Shown piece by piece: positions 13,050-24,959 of a DNA stretch of 64,000 nt (within the stretch, counting starts at the first letter, position 1; each line of letters begins with the position of its first letter). Position numbers and translations under genes: made by a program. The notes beneath the pieces were generated by a model, which was not told the origin of the DNA, made no database searches, and saw nothing but the letters and a program-made list of their open reading frames with translations. Where the stretch lies: NCBI GenBank assembly GCA_964016885.1, contig OZ024744.1, positions 114,824,001 through 114,888,000 of the forward strand, given 5' to 3'. Origin of the DNA: Eledone cirrhosa. Its lineage: Eukaryota.

Positions 13050-13179
13050 GCAAAAGTTCTATTTAAATTGTTGAGATACAACAAGCAAATATTTTTATAA
13101 CTGATATAAAGCACTCAACAAGTATTTGGAGTAAACATACGATATTAACAAATGGAAACTATATTTATAAAACCATATT

Positions 13180-13244
13180 TATTTTATTATACATATTTCA
13201 AGGACACCACGTTAAATTATGGTGTGCTTTCATCAGACAAAATA
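13180..13244 (-). ncRNA. Minimal type I hammerhead ribozyme motif (HHR-5, mirror of HHR-4)
   Basis: TCATCAG at 13230-13236; reverse complement of HHR-4. Confidence 0.75.
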
Positions 13245-13350
13245 CAATATAGATCAGTTTTATAAATAAATATTGACAAACCCTTAAAAAATGCAACCAC
13301 TACTGTTCCAACAGTAATGGTTGCATTATTTATAAAACTGATCTATATTG

Positions 13351-13415
13351 TATTTTGTCTGATGAAAGCACACCATAATTTAACGTGGTGTCCTTGAAAT
13401 ATGTATAATAAAATA
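13351..13415 (+). ncRNA. Minimal type I hammerhead ribozyme motif (HHR-4)
   Basis: Stem I TATTTTGT/ATAAAATA; CTGATGA at 13359; stem II AAG-C-ACACCAT/GTGGTGT-C-CTT; GAAATATGTATA; predicted cut after 13407. Confidence 0.78.
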
Positions 13416-13454
13416 AATATGGTTTTATAAATATAGTTTCCATTTGTTAATATC

Positions 13455-13536
<82 letters not shown>

Positions 13537-13610
13537 TATATTATATTTAGAGATTAAACTCTTAGTCGTTTACAATTAATCAACTCAAAGAAAATGGCAT
13601 TTCTGAGCAG

Positions 13611-14020
<410 letters not shown>

Positions 14021-14161
14021 TATATAGTTTTTTTTGTGCATTTGCTTACCACGTGCGTTTGGTCATTTATTATTATTGTTATTATTATTATTTTTATTTT
14101 TATTTTAATTTTAAATTTTGCCTACTTGTATCGCTGTCAACTTAATAATTGTGGATAAATA

Positions 14162-14348
14162 AAGGTGGATTGGCAGTATCGGTAGAGGGTTGGACGCCAT
14201 GCTTTCCACCATAGTTACGTCCCTTTACAGTCTGAGTTCAAATCCCGCCGAGGTTAACTTTGCCTTTCATCCTTACGGAGTCGATAAAATAAAGTAGCAG
14301 TAATGTACTGGGTAATTGCTGGCCTTGTGCCTAAAGTAGAAACAAATA
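14162..14348 (+). mobile_element. tRNA-derived SINE (octopus-type)
   Basis: A box TGGCAGTATCGG, B box AGTTCAAATCC and body GAGGTTAACTTTGCCTTTCATCCTTACGG...GTAGAAACAA. Confidence 0.85.
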
Positions 14349-14559
14349 TTTTATATTTTTTTAATTTTTTTAATTTCCTTAATCTTTATTTTTTTATGTA
14401 ACGGCCTATTATGATTATTTATTCTTATTTGTGTGTGTGCATATGTATTCTTTTATATGTGAGTACGTATGCATGTGTGTATATATATATGTGTGTATGT
14501 ATGTGTATGTATGTGTATGTATCTCTCTCTCTATATATATATATATGTGTGTGTGCATG

Positions 14560-14590
<31 letters not shown>

Positions 14591-15001
14591 TGGTGTATTT
14601 ATGTATGGATATGTATATATATATGTGTGTGTGTGTGTATATGCGTCTCTGTGTATATGTATATATGCGTGTATATATTTATATCTATATGTATATATGT
14701 GCGTATATCTGAGTGTGTGTACGTGTGTGTTGTTATATATTCTTATTTATTATTCTCCCCCCCCCCTCTTTTTTTCCTCCAGCCTCACTTTCATATCTGT
14801 TATATTTTGTTTTTCAAATCCACTGTCACTAAAGACACCAGGATTTTTTCATTCTCATGAATGAAAGCAATTTTCGTTGCTTCAAGAAACCACTGGTAAA
14901 TGAAATAATTATTTTATGTTGTTTATTACATAACTAATAAGCTCTGTAACCTTCATAGAGCACTCTTTTTTCCTGGACCTTTCCGACGGAATCACTTCAT
15001 T

Positions 15002-15034
<33 letters not shown>

Positions 15035-15064
15035 AGAACAAAAGATGGTTAAAAGAGTTCCATG

Positions 15065-15135
15065 TATTTTATTATGCGCATTTCAAAAACAAATATCATC
15101 ATGCAATAATATTTGTGTTTTCATCAGATAAAACA
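15065..15135 (-). ncRNA. Minimal type I hammerhead ribozyme motif (HHR-7, mirror of HHR-6)
   Basis: TCATCAG at 15121-15127; reverse complement of HHR-6. Confidence 0.78.
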
Positions 15136-15236
15136 GGAGGACATGATATGAAGGTTAAAAAACACTTGTGGATAGTTCAGTTTTAAATCAACTGAACTAT
15201 CCACAAGTGTTTTTTAACCTTCATATCATGTCCTCC

Positions 15237-15307
15237 TGTTTTATCTGATGAAAACACAAATATTATTGCATGATGATATTTGTTTTTGAAATGCGCATAA
15301 TAAAATA
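15237..15307 (+). ncRNA. Minimal type I hammerhead ribozyme motif (HHR-6, divergent family)
   Basis: Stem I TGTTTTAT/ATAAAATA; CTGATGA at 15245; long stem II AAA-C-ACAAATATTATT/GATGATATTTGT-T-TTT; GAA followed by palindromic ATGCGCAT and A; predicted cut after 15299. Confidence 0.8.
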
Positions 15308-15430
15308 CATGGAACTCTTTTAACCATCTTTTGTTCTTATATATTATGTATACTCCAGTCCTACAAACTGTAGAGTGCTTCTTATCCGATATCTGCATTG
15401 CTTTATTGTACTACAATAAAACTCACCTCC

Positions 15431-15462
<32 letters not shown>

Positions 15463-15881
15463 TATATAGTAGAATAATCGAGTATCGAAAAATCGGCGCA
15501 CGAGTTCACGATAAACAAAATTCGACATGAGTGGCAGAGGGCTCAATAATTCAGAGAAATCAGAGCTATAACTATCGTTAAAATACCAACACACATAGAT
15601 TATGTCTAAAATCAACCATACGACCGAAAAATTACGATCAGGAAGATTCGGGTCACTCAGATAAAATATCAATAAATCAATAAATCATGTGAATGTAAAA
15701 AGCTTACCCGGACCCACTAGAAAGATGGTAAATCTAGCTTCTTGGGTTTCTGTAAATCCTTAAACCGCCCACTATCAGCCCACATAAAAATATATAAGAC
15801 TTCTAGAGAGCGGCGGACCGGAAATACTTTATCAACGAGCTTTGTCCAGACGAATAAAAAAGCCAACCCTAGCTGAAAACG

Positions 15882-15944
<63 letters not shown>

Positions 15945-15976
15945 AGAGAGAGAGAGAGAGCGATACGAATAATAAT

Positions 15977-16143
15977 TGTTTCTACTTTAGGCACAAGGCC
16001 AGCAATTGGCCAGTACATTACTGGTACTTTATTTTATCGAACCCGTAAGGATGAAAGGCAAAGTTAACCTCGGTGGGATTTGAACTCAGACCATAAAGCG
16101 CCGTAACTCTTTGCTGCATAGCATGGCGTCTGACCCTCTACCG
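15977..16143 (-). mobile_element. tRNA-derived SINE, slightly 5'-truncated
   Basis: Reverse complement of the SINE body, with CGAATAATAAT on both sides as a probable TSD. Confidence 0.85.
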
Positions 16144-16193
16144 AATAATAATAAACTTGAACTCATCTCAGGGAAAAGCGGACGTAAAATGAT

Positions 16194-16265
<72 letters not shown>

Positions 16266-16310
16266 TGTATAGAAGGAGCTTCTACAGGACTAGTACTGTT
16301 TCATTCAGAT

Positions 16311-16564
<254 letters not shown>

Positions 16565-16627
16565 TTGCAGAGTATATATATATTATTCAAAATATTAATA
16601 AATGAAAAATATTCTCATAACCAAAAT

Positions 16628-16696
16628 ATATATTTTATTATACATATTTCAAAGGTACAATGGTGTTTCAGTACGTTTTCATCAGATAAAATATAT
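16628..16696 (-). ncRNA. Minimal type I hammerhead ribozyme motif (HHR-8)
   Basis: Minus strand reads ATATATTTTAT CTGATGA AAA-C-GTAC...GTAC-C-TTT GAAATATGTATA ATAAAATATAT, with a perfect 11-bp stem I. Confidence 0.78.
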
Positions 16697-18115
16697 GCGA
16701 GCAGTGAAGTGTTAAATCAACATATATATATATACACACACACACACACATATATATATATAAGAATGTACACACAAAGAGACACATAACACACATATAT
16801 ATGAATTTAAAGCAGTCACGTAATATTTAAATCATGATTATCTACACCGTCTTAATAATTTATTCATTAAACAATGTTATTGTATCAAAGTGTCAAAGGA
16901 ATGTCTTTTTTTCTTTTTTTTTGTCTATCTGTTAGAACACGAAAAGTGTGAAACACAGAATGTTCACTTTTCGTGTTCTAACATATATGCCTAGCTTCTT
17001 TAAAAATTTTTCGGGGATAGCCGTGGTGGTGATCGTATGTGATTGGCTAATTTTCAACCAATCAGAGTACCTCTCTCTATATCTCTTCCACTGTTACTTA
17101 CGCCTGTTTCTCTCTATCTGTTCCGTCTCTATTTATATCTCTTACTCTTTCGCTTTGCACTCCTCCCCTTCAATACCATCTCTCCCCCTCTCTATATATT
17201 TGTTACTCTATCGCTGCACGCTCCTCTCCTTCAATATATCAATTACACACGCTTTACACTCCTTTATCCCCAGCGCCCCTATATATACACCCCCTCTCCC
17301 GCATCTATATTTTAATGTACCGTTGCACCGTGAATACATGTGTCTATATATATATATACATATATATTGTATATACACATTCATGTATGTGTATACACAC
17401 TCATGTATGTATATACACTGGTTTTATGTGTGTATTGTAAATTTGTACTGTTAAAACACGAAACTAACATTCGATTGACACTTTGATTACCTGTACAGGC
17501 AATAGTTATTAGAATGCTGTTGAAGTGTGTATATATTTTTGGGGGACATCCTGTATATACACACATTATATATAATACAATAAACAGATAAATACACACA
17601 TATATATATGAGCTTATTTAATTATAAATATTGTGAATTTTTAACTCAGTTCAATTATATATATAAATGGCTTCTACAGGACTAGAACTGTTTCATTCGA
17701 AAGAAATCATCATAATATTGAGAGGGGGGACTAGATAAAATATTTCAAATCAAATGTGTATAAGTTATAAGTTAAAATGTATAAATAGAGACGATAGTGG
17801 AGGTATATCTGTTTAGTGGAACAGTAGACGATAGAATTAAATACAGACGATAATCTCCCTTTAATGAAACAGCAGACGATAGAATTAAGGCAATTTAAAT
17901 TTTAAGCATTTGCATTTTTGCCTTTCATCGTTACGGGGTCGATAAAATAAAGTACCAGTAATACACTGTCACTAGACGACTTTCAAATTGAATTGTTGGT
18001 TCCATTTCTTTAGTATTTTCAATTGTAGTTATCTACTTAAAAAGCGTTACACGGTTAGAGACATAATTCGTAAGTTATATCTTCCCTATTAAACCATTGC
18101 ATTATTTCGCCTACA

Positions 18116-18301
18116 GGGCGGTGAATTGGCAGTATCGGTAGAGGGTTGGACGCCATGCTTTCTAGCATAGTTACGTCCCTTTACAGTCTAGGTTCAAATC
18201 CCGCCGAGGTTAACTTTGCCTTTCATCCTTACGGGGTCGATAAAATAAAGTACCAGTAATGTACTGGGTAATTTGCTGGCCTTGTGCCTAAAGTAGAAAC
18301 A
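18116..18301 (+). mobile_element. Full-length tRNA-derived SINE with 15-bp TSD
   Basis: A box TGGCAGTATCGG and B box GGTTCAAATCC; TSD ATTATTTCGCCTACA at 18101-18115 and 18302-18316. Other partial or diverged copies lie at ~1865, 2843, 3256, 17917, 19005, 20832 and 27128(-). Confidence 0.92.
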
Positions 18302-18525
18302 ATTATTTCGCCTACAATAGAACAAAAATGAAATGTTCTTTAAAGAAACAGGAATATAACTTTATAAAAAAAAAAGTTGCATCCGCTTCTTTTATCATTG
18401 ATAATTTTTTCGTTTTAATATTAATTGTTTTTTGCAGTTGTTTATATTAAAAATCTTACTGTAATATTTACTTAAACGAAGGCAAACATCTAAACTTATA
18501 GATTAATCTTGAGCGAAGGACTAGA

Positions 18526-18616
<91 letters not shown>

Positions 18617-19730
18617 GAAGAATGATAAAATTTCAAGCAAAGAGTTTAATTAGGTATATTTTGTAATATTATTAACTAATTATTATAATTAACGCGCATA
18701 TTTTGCTATCCTCAAACACGTTTACACATGGCATGAAATATAACTAATCCGAGATGGCTAGGTTTCATCTTCTAACTGGATAAACGAAATCCATTATGTC
18801 TTGACAACAACATGAGGTAACATTATGTTATTCACAGACACACTTTGTACACTGTTCCATATCAGAATGTATTTCCTTCGTCACATTCACAAACAGTATT
18901 GAAAATATGTTCTTCGGCAAATAAAAATGTTTTGTTCATAATATTTCAACTAGCGATTGCTCTACTCCACGCACGACCACCATAAATTAATGACCAGCTC
19001 AACACAAGTATTGGTAGAGCGTCAGACACCATGCTTTGCAGTATTGTTATGGTCCTTTGCATTCTAAGTTCAAATCCTGCCGAGGTTAACTTCGACTTTC
19101 ATACTTACTAATTCGATAAAATAAAGTACCAGTAATGGACTGCCGTAATGGATTTGTGCCGAAAAATAGAAACACTATTAATGTGCAATAAGAGCAAAAT
19201 ATAACGACATTGCTCAATTATTTTATCTAATGTTGTAATAACACAAGGAAATGTTGTTTGTGTATTTTTTTTTATATTTGCTCATAGGCTTTTACAATTT
19301 CGCTCAGCCAACAACTATTAAAAAGTGAGTTGCTTAAGATAACAATTTAATCACAAATTGTTGCTATCTTTTAATACACTCCAACAAGTCATCAAATTAT
19401 GTACAATAAAAACAAATCTTATTAATTTGCTCAGGGAATATAAAGAAAATGTATATACACTGATAATTGCAATTGTATGTAAATATTTTGTTTTTGTATT
19501 GTATATTTTATGTTTTCTATTATGTATAATATATTGATTTAATATTGATTGTTTTTTGTAGTTGTTTATATTAAAAGTCTGAAAATATTTTTATACATCT
19601 TACACTAATATTTATAAGATAATTTATAATAACAATTACATAATCTAATTACATTACAACGATAATTTATTATTAATATATATCCTGTTTAACTAGAGTT
19701 ATTACAAGCGTTGCCTTAAAAAAATATTAA

Positions 19731-20687
19731 ACTAGACATGAAAAATGCGCAAGCTCAAAAGTGCCACAGAATGTTATAATAAACCTTCAAAAGTGTGGGA
19801 CTAGAGTTGTTGCTAAAAAATATTGTAATCATTATATATCGTACATTCTGTGGCATCCTTTATAAAAATAGCTTAAACCAACGAAGCCTTTATTTTTACG
19901 CTATTTCACTTAGTTAATTCTTAGAGTGTAACATATAAAAATAAATACATCTATGTTTAATGTAATAACAGCTATAAATAATTACGTAATATTATTATCA
20001 TATACTCATAGTAACAAAATAATTGTGTTGAAACTTAATATGATGCTTATATGAACGATCAAATCTATAATGATAATTTCTTAAATATACTAATAGTAAA
20101 ATAATTTAGTTATCTATTGTTACATTTTCATAGAACTATAATATTAACAATCGTATTGCATTATCAAATTTTTATCACTACAAACTTTCATATTGGAATT
20201 ACCTTAAGCCACTTATTATTACTTCGCTTTCGTACTTTTACAGCTGTAGATATTGCGCTGTATCTTATATCTAATATCAATATCTCGTGGTAATTTGCAT
20301 GAAGTGTAAAATAGGTTTATTAATAACTTTAATATGAAATGTATTATACAGGGCTGCGGAGTCGGTCAAAAATTGACTGGCTCCAACTCAGGATCCGATA
20401 CTCCATTATTTCCTAAATTTCAGCTCCGCAGCTCTGTTATTATATTAATTAATTTATTTTATAGTTGTAAATCATATTTTTATATGTTACACTCTAAGAA
20501 TTAACTAAGTGAAATAGCGTAAAAATAAAGGCTTCGTTGGTTTAAGCTATTTTTATAAAGGATGCCACAGAATGTACGATATATAATGATTACAATATTT
20601 TTTAGCAACAACTCTAGTCCCACACTTTTGAAGGTTTATTATAACATTCTGTGGCACTTTTGAGCTTGCGCATTTTTCATGTCTAGT
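19731..20687. repeat. ~213-bp apparently perfect inverted repeats (19731-19943, 20475-20687) around a ~530-bp AT-rich spacer
   Basis: ACTAGACATGAAAAATGCGCAAGCTC... is mirrored by ...GAGCTTGCGCATTTTTCATGTCTAGT. Confidence 0.92.
20349..20436. mobile_element. 88-bp hAT-type MITE
   Basis: TIRs CAGGGCTGCGGAG / CTCCGCAGCTCTG; 8-bp TSD GTATTATA / TTATTATA (7/8 match). Confidence 0.75.
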
Positions 20688-21178
20688 ACAGTTATGTCTT
20701 TATCCTGACTCAGCGAACTCTTGTTTCAACATACGGAGGACATTGTATGTACTCTCCGCTCTCAAATATTCGTCACCACCACTTAGTAATTTTTTCAGAT
20801 TTTTTCCAATTCTTTGCTCTTATTCCACCTCAGGGGTCGATAAAATAAAGTACCAGTAATACACTGGAATAATTGCTGGCCTTGTGCCAAAAGTAGAAAC
20901 AATTATTAAATTTTGCTTATCTTTGGAGATATTTTTCTTTAAACTTGAAAAAAACATTATACATGACAAAAAAAGTACATTACTTGAAATCCAATATGTT
21001 ATAAAATAGGATGGGTTTGGAGTTTCAGTATGTAAGCTAAATGACTAATTCTGGGTTTATTTAAATCAACAGAGACAACCTAGAAACATTACCGATTCCA
21101 CCCCTATTATTCCAACCTCCTGCTTATTCCTTCTTACCATTTAGGATTCAACAGTATGTCTGTGAATCTTAGTTACTG

Positions 21179-21241
<63 letters not shown>

Positions 21242-21253
21242 CCCCCCTCTCTT

Positions 21254-21320
<67 letters not shown>

Positions 21321-22315
21321 TGGCTGTAACTCAATTTGGAGTAATGCCATCACTTGATACTTAATCATGACCATTTTAGTCCTGCTAGGGACTTGCCTAT
21401 GGCCAGCAATACCATGTATCGCAATAAATGTCACATATCAAGCGATGTCTGTGCTTGAAGTGTTTACAAGTGAGGAAAGGCTGTGCACGGAGCCAGTCCC
21501 ACTCTCTGAACATCCAATGTATTTACCCCAAAAAGTAGAACTGGTCTACATTATTGGATACAAATGAAGTCGTAGATTTTATATTAGAGTGACCTTCTCC
21601 TAGAGAGATGTCTTAATGAAGACTAGGGATCTCTCACTCCACTGCCCTCACAAAAAAAAAAACTTTATTGGATGGCTGTTGACTCTCTTGAGTTTTTCCG
21701 CCCTTCGATGGGTCTTGATTTTCCTCCTCCTCCTCACCAAGCAAGCTTAAGGAAGAAGGAAAACAGTGTTCAATTAGTGAAGAGAGCTGATATATTATAT
21801 TATTTATGTTCATACAGTATCGGTATCTTCAAACTTTTCTAAGCGTCTGCAGATTGGGTCACAACTTTGATCCCTCTTACAATCTGGAGATATGGTCATT
21901 ATTGGGCTTTGAAACCTTAGCTAGCGCTTTTGTTCCGTGTATAAACATAAATAAATAATATAATCCATACACACATATATACATAAGCATAACCCTAACC
22001 CTTATCCTAACACTAACCATAATCTTAAACCTAACCCTAACCTATATTTAAAACATATTTGCAACGTTATTCTACTGTAAATTTATACACCCACGCTAAC
22101 CCTAAACCCCCAATCCCCCAAACCCTACGCTTAATGGGAAACATATTTTTGCGAGAAGTTCGGAGGTCAGATTAATCGATAACACACGAACCGTGGGAAA
22201 ATAATTATTTTCCACCAAACGCGAAATGTGTGTAGATCTGCGAAATTCCGATGGTCTTTCCGCCCCCTTTTACCCTTCCTTTTCTACAAAGCTAGTCGTC
22301 TGCAACTGCTTTAGG

Positions 22316-22522
22316 CAAGGCCTTGTTTCCGGGGGGTACCAGGGGACAAGACCCCTCCCCTTTTATATCTGAACTTCATTTGAATATATAAAATTTAATT
22401 AGCGTAAAATTTTACTTATGTGGTAGGGTCGGGGAAAGGCACCATAAGCAATTTATGCTCCTTTAAGAATCAATAAATGTTGGTTTGTCCCCCTCACATT
22501 TTTAAGGCAAACGAGGCCCCTG
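22316..22522. mobile_element. 207-bp hAT-type MITE
   Basis: Imperfect TIRs CAAGGCCTTGTTT / AAACGAGGCCCCTG; perfect 8-bp TSD GCTTTAGG at 22308-22315 and 22523-22530. Confidence 0.8.
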
Positions 22523-22789
22523 GCTTTAGGGGTCTTAGTCGTTGATAACACACGAAAAAAAACAAAAAAAACGAGGATAACAATTTATTTCCTACTGAAG
22601 TGGAGATGGGTGGTCTTCGAAAGTAACACCTAAATTAATTTCACTATACAAATTTGTGACCTTTTAAGTTTTAGTGATGTGCCTATCTAAGGTGTGCGCC
22701 CAAGTTACCTTAAAAGTAGCGCCGGCGCTGCTAACACTTGTTTCCTTTGACAAAGACACTTGCTAGAGTTATCTCTACTTTATAATAAT

Positions 22790-22974
22790 TATTTCTACCT
22801 TTGACACTAGGCCAGAAATTATGCAGTGCATTACTGGTACTTTATTTTATCGACTCCGTAAGGATGAAAGGCAAAGTCAACCTCGGCGGGATTTGAACTC
22901 AGACCGCAAAGGGACGTAAGTATGCTGGAAAGCATGGCGTCCAACCCTCTACCGATACTGCCAATTCACCGCCC
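22790..22974 (-). mobile_element. Full-length tRNA-derived SINE
   Basis: Reverse complement of the 18116 copy, with TSD TTTATAATAAT on both sides. Confidence 0.9.
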
Positions 22975-23244
22975 TTTATAATAATAGTATTAAATAAAAC
23001 TGCTAGATGTCGCTTTCTTTGTTGCCATTGGTTACAACATGAACACCTCGCTGGTTATAACAACAGCAACAACAATAACATTGCCATCGACCTTTGTTGA
23101 TTGATCGAATATCGATGTCCCGTGTTTGTTCCACTTTGTAACTTTTATGGGACAATGAAACCGGTCAAGTGTCGCTGACAATTACATTTTAATGTATTTT
23201 TATACTCGGCTTTCAGGTATGTCATTTATAGAGTAACCGGTAAT

Positions 23245-23697
23245 TACTGTTGTTGTTAGCGTTGTTGTTGTTGTTGTTAGCGTTGTTGTTGTTGTTACCG
23301 TTGTTACTGTTGTTGTTGTTAGCGTTGTTGTTGTTGTTACTGTTGTTGTTGTTGTTGTTACCGTTGTTACTGTTGTTGTTGTTACCGTTGTTGTTGTTAC
23401 TGTTGTTGTTGTTACCGTTGTTGTTGTTGTTACTGTTGTTACTGTTGTTGTTGTTACCGTTGTTGTTGTTGTTGTTACTGTTGTTGTTATTGTTGTTACT
23501 GTTGTTACTGTTGTTACTGTTGTTACTGTTGTTGTTGTTACTGTTGTTGTTACTGTTGTTGTTACTGTTGTTGTTGTTGTTGTTGTTACTGTTGTTGTTA
23601 CTGTTGTTAGCGTTGTTGTTGTTGTTACCGTTGTTGTTGTTACCGTTGTTGTTGTTACCGTTGTTACTGTTGTTGTTGTTGCCGTTGTTGTTGTTAC

Positions 23698-23734
<37 letters not shown>

Positions 23735-24003
23735 ACTGTTGTTGTTGTTACTGTTGTTGTTACTGTTGTTACTGTTGTTGTTGTTACTGTTGTTGTTACT
23801 GTTGTTATTGTTGTTACTGTTGTTGTTACTGTTGTTATTGTTGTTACTGTTGTTACTGTTGTTGTTGTTACTGTTGTTGTTACTGTTGTTACTGTTGTTG
23901 TTGTTACTGTTGTTGTTACTGTTGTTACTGTTGTTACTGTTGTTACTGTTGTTACTGTTGTTGTTGTTACTGTTGTTACTGTCGTTGTTGTTACTGTTGT
24001 TGT
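23245..24003. repeat. Compound (GTT)n / GTTACT microsatellite, ~760 bp
   Basis: GTT triplets interspersed with ACT, ACC and AGC variants; the poly-Leu ORF is a by-product. Confidence 0.95.
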
Positions 24004-24959
24004 AGATGTGAAAGTGCCGTAGCTACTGTGAGAACTGGGTGGAGGAAGTTGAGGGTTTCCCTCTCAGATTGTATGAAGCTACTTGGAAGTAAGGATTGGG
24101 TCTTGACTGCAGACAATCTGTGAAGACTGACAAGAAAGGAGGAGGTATGTTCTGGTGTGTAGTAGTAGTATAGATAGGAGGAGGAGGTATGTTCTGGAGG
24201 ATGTGTAGTGGTAGTATAGATGAACAACAAAGCATCAGTGGAATGAGAGAAATATTGGGCATAAGAGGAATCAGATGTAGCATATAGGAGAGGAGTTGTG
24301 CTGGTATCGACATGTGATGTGTATGAAGGATGAAAGCTGGATATGATAAAGAAATGCAGGATATGAAAGATCAACGGAAACCTGTGGAAGAGGAAAATCT
24401 ATGCTAGAAGAGTGAAGGCTGACTTGACACAGCTTAATCTCATGTAGTGGGTGACAAGATTGAGTTGACTTGTGATATGTTGTAGGACATGTTCCCCTGA
24501 GCAAGTGAGATGAAATATTCATAGAGAACATGGTAATAAAGATGCAGAGAGGTTTAAAGATATTTAGCTCTCCCCTGTCATTATGTTCTAAGTTCCTCAT
24601 TAGTCTCCTCCTTAGCATCATTAATTTGCCCCACCTTCAATCTCTTGTATTCTTCATTTTCCACCTCACTATCTAAATATATTATCCCTCCACACGCAGC
24701 CCTTCTTTCAACATACATGCCAGTATGGAAAGACAGGTGTAACTATGACTGTAATACTAGGCTGTCATGGAAAGACAGGTGTAACCATCAGTGTAATGCT
24801 AGGCCACCCCACAGCCCACCCTCCTCACCATCTGCTATTGTGGCATGACTCCCTCCATAACATCTACCTTGACTCTTCCAACACATTCCCCCACCCCATC
24901 ACTGTTATTCCCAGCCTGATACAGGACAAAAGAAGCACCCCAATGTTGTAAAGTGCCAT

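Larger units (their letters stand above)
13137..13458. repeat. Fold-back palindrome (~130-bp arms plus inner hairpin) carrying two hammerheads
   Basis: 13137-13269 is the reverse complement of 13326-13458. The centre contains AATGCAACCACTACTGTT-CC-AACAGTAATGGTTGCATT. Confidence 0.92.
15025..15347. repeat. Perfect fold-back palindrome (158-bp arms, 7-nt loop) carrying two hammerheads
   Basis: 15025-15182 is the reverse complement of 15190-15347; the loop is TTAAATC. Confidence 0.93.

Noticed and set aside
17669-17715. Possible degenerate hammerhead on the minus strand (ATGATGA..GAAACAG); also ATGATGA at ~8154 and CTGAAGA at ~7133
   Set aside because: The core is mutated or the GAAA and stem I partner are missing, so the fold cannot be supported. 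CTGATGA hits inside LINE ORFs (e.g. ~11081, 29232, 39400, 41153) also show no evident HHR stems.
18116-18205. tRNA gene
   Set aside because: A and B boxes are present, but it is the head of a multi-copy SINE with a TSD and shows no convincing cloverleaf.
21990-22130. Telomere-like CCCTAA repeats
   Set aside because: Short, highly degenerate and interstitial; more likely part of a dispersed repeat than a telomere.
24005-24490. Highly decayed RTE C-terminal remnant
   Set aside because: Only faint motif similarity (GWRKL, GRGK); too degraded to annotate confidently.
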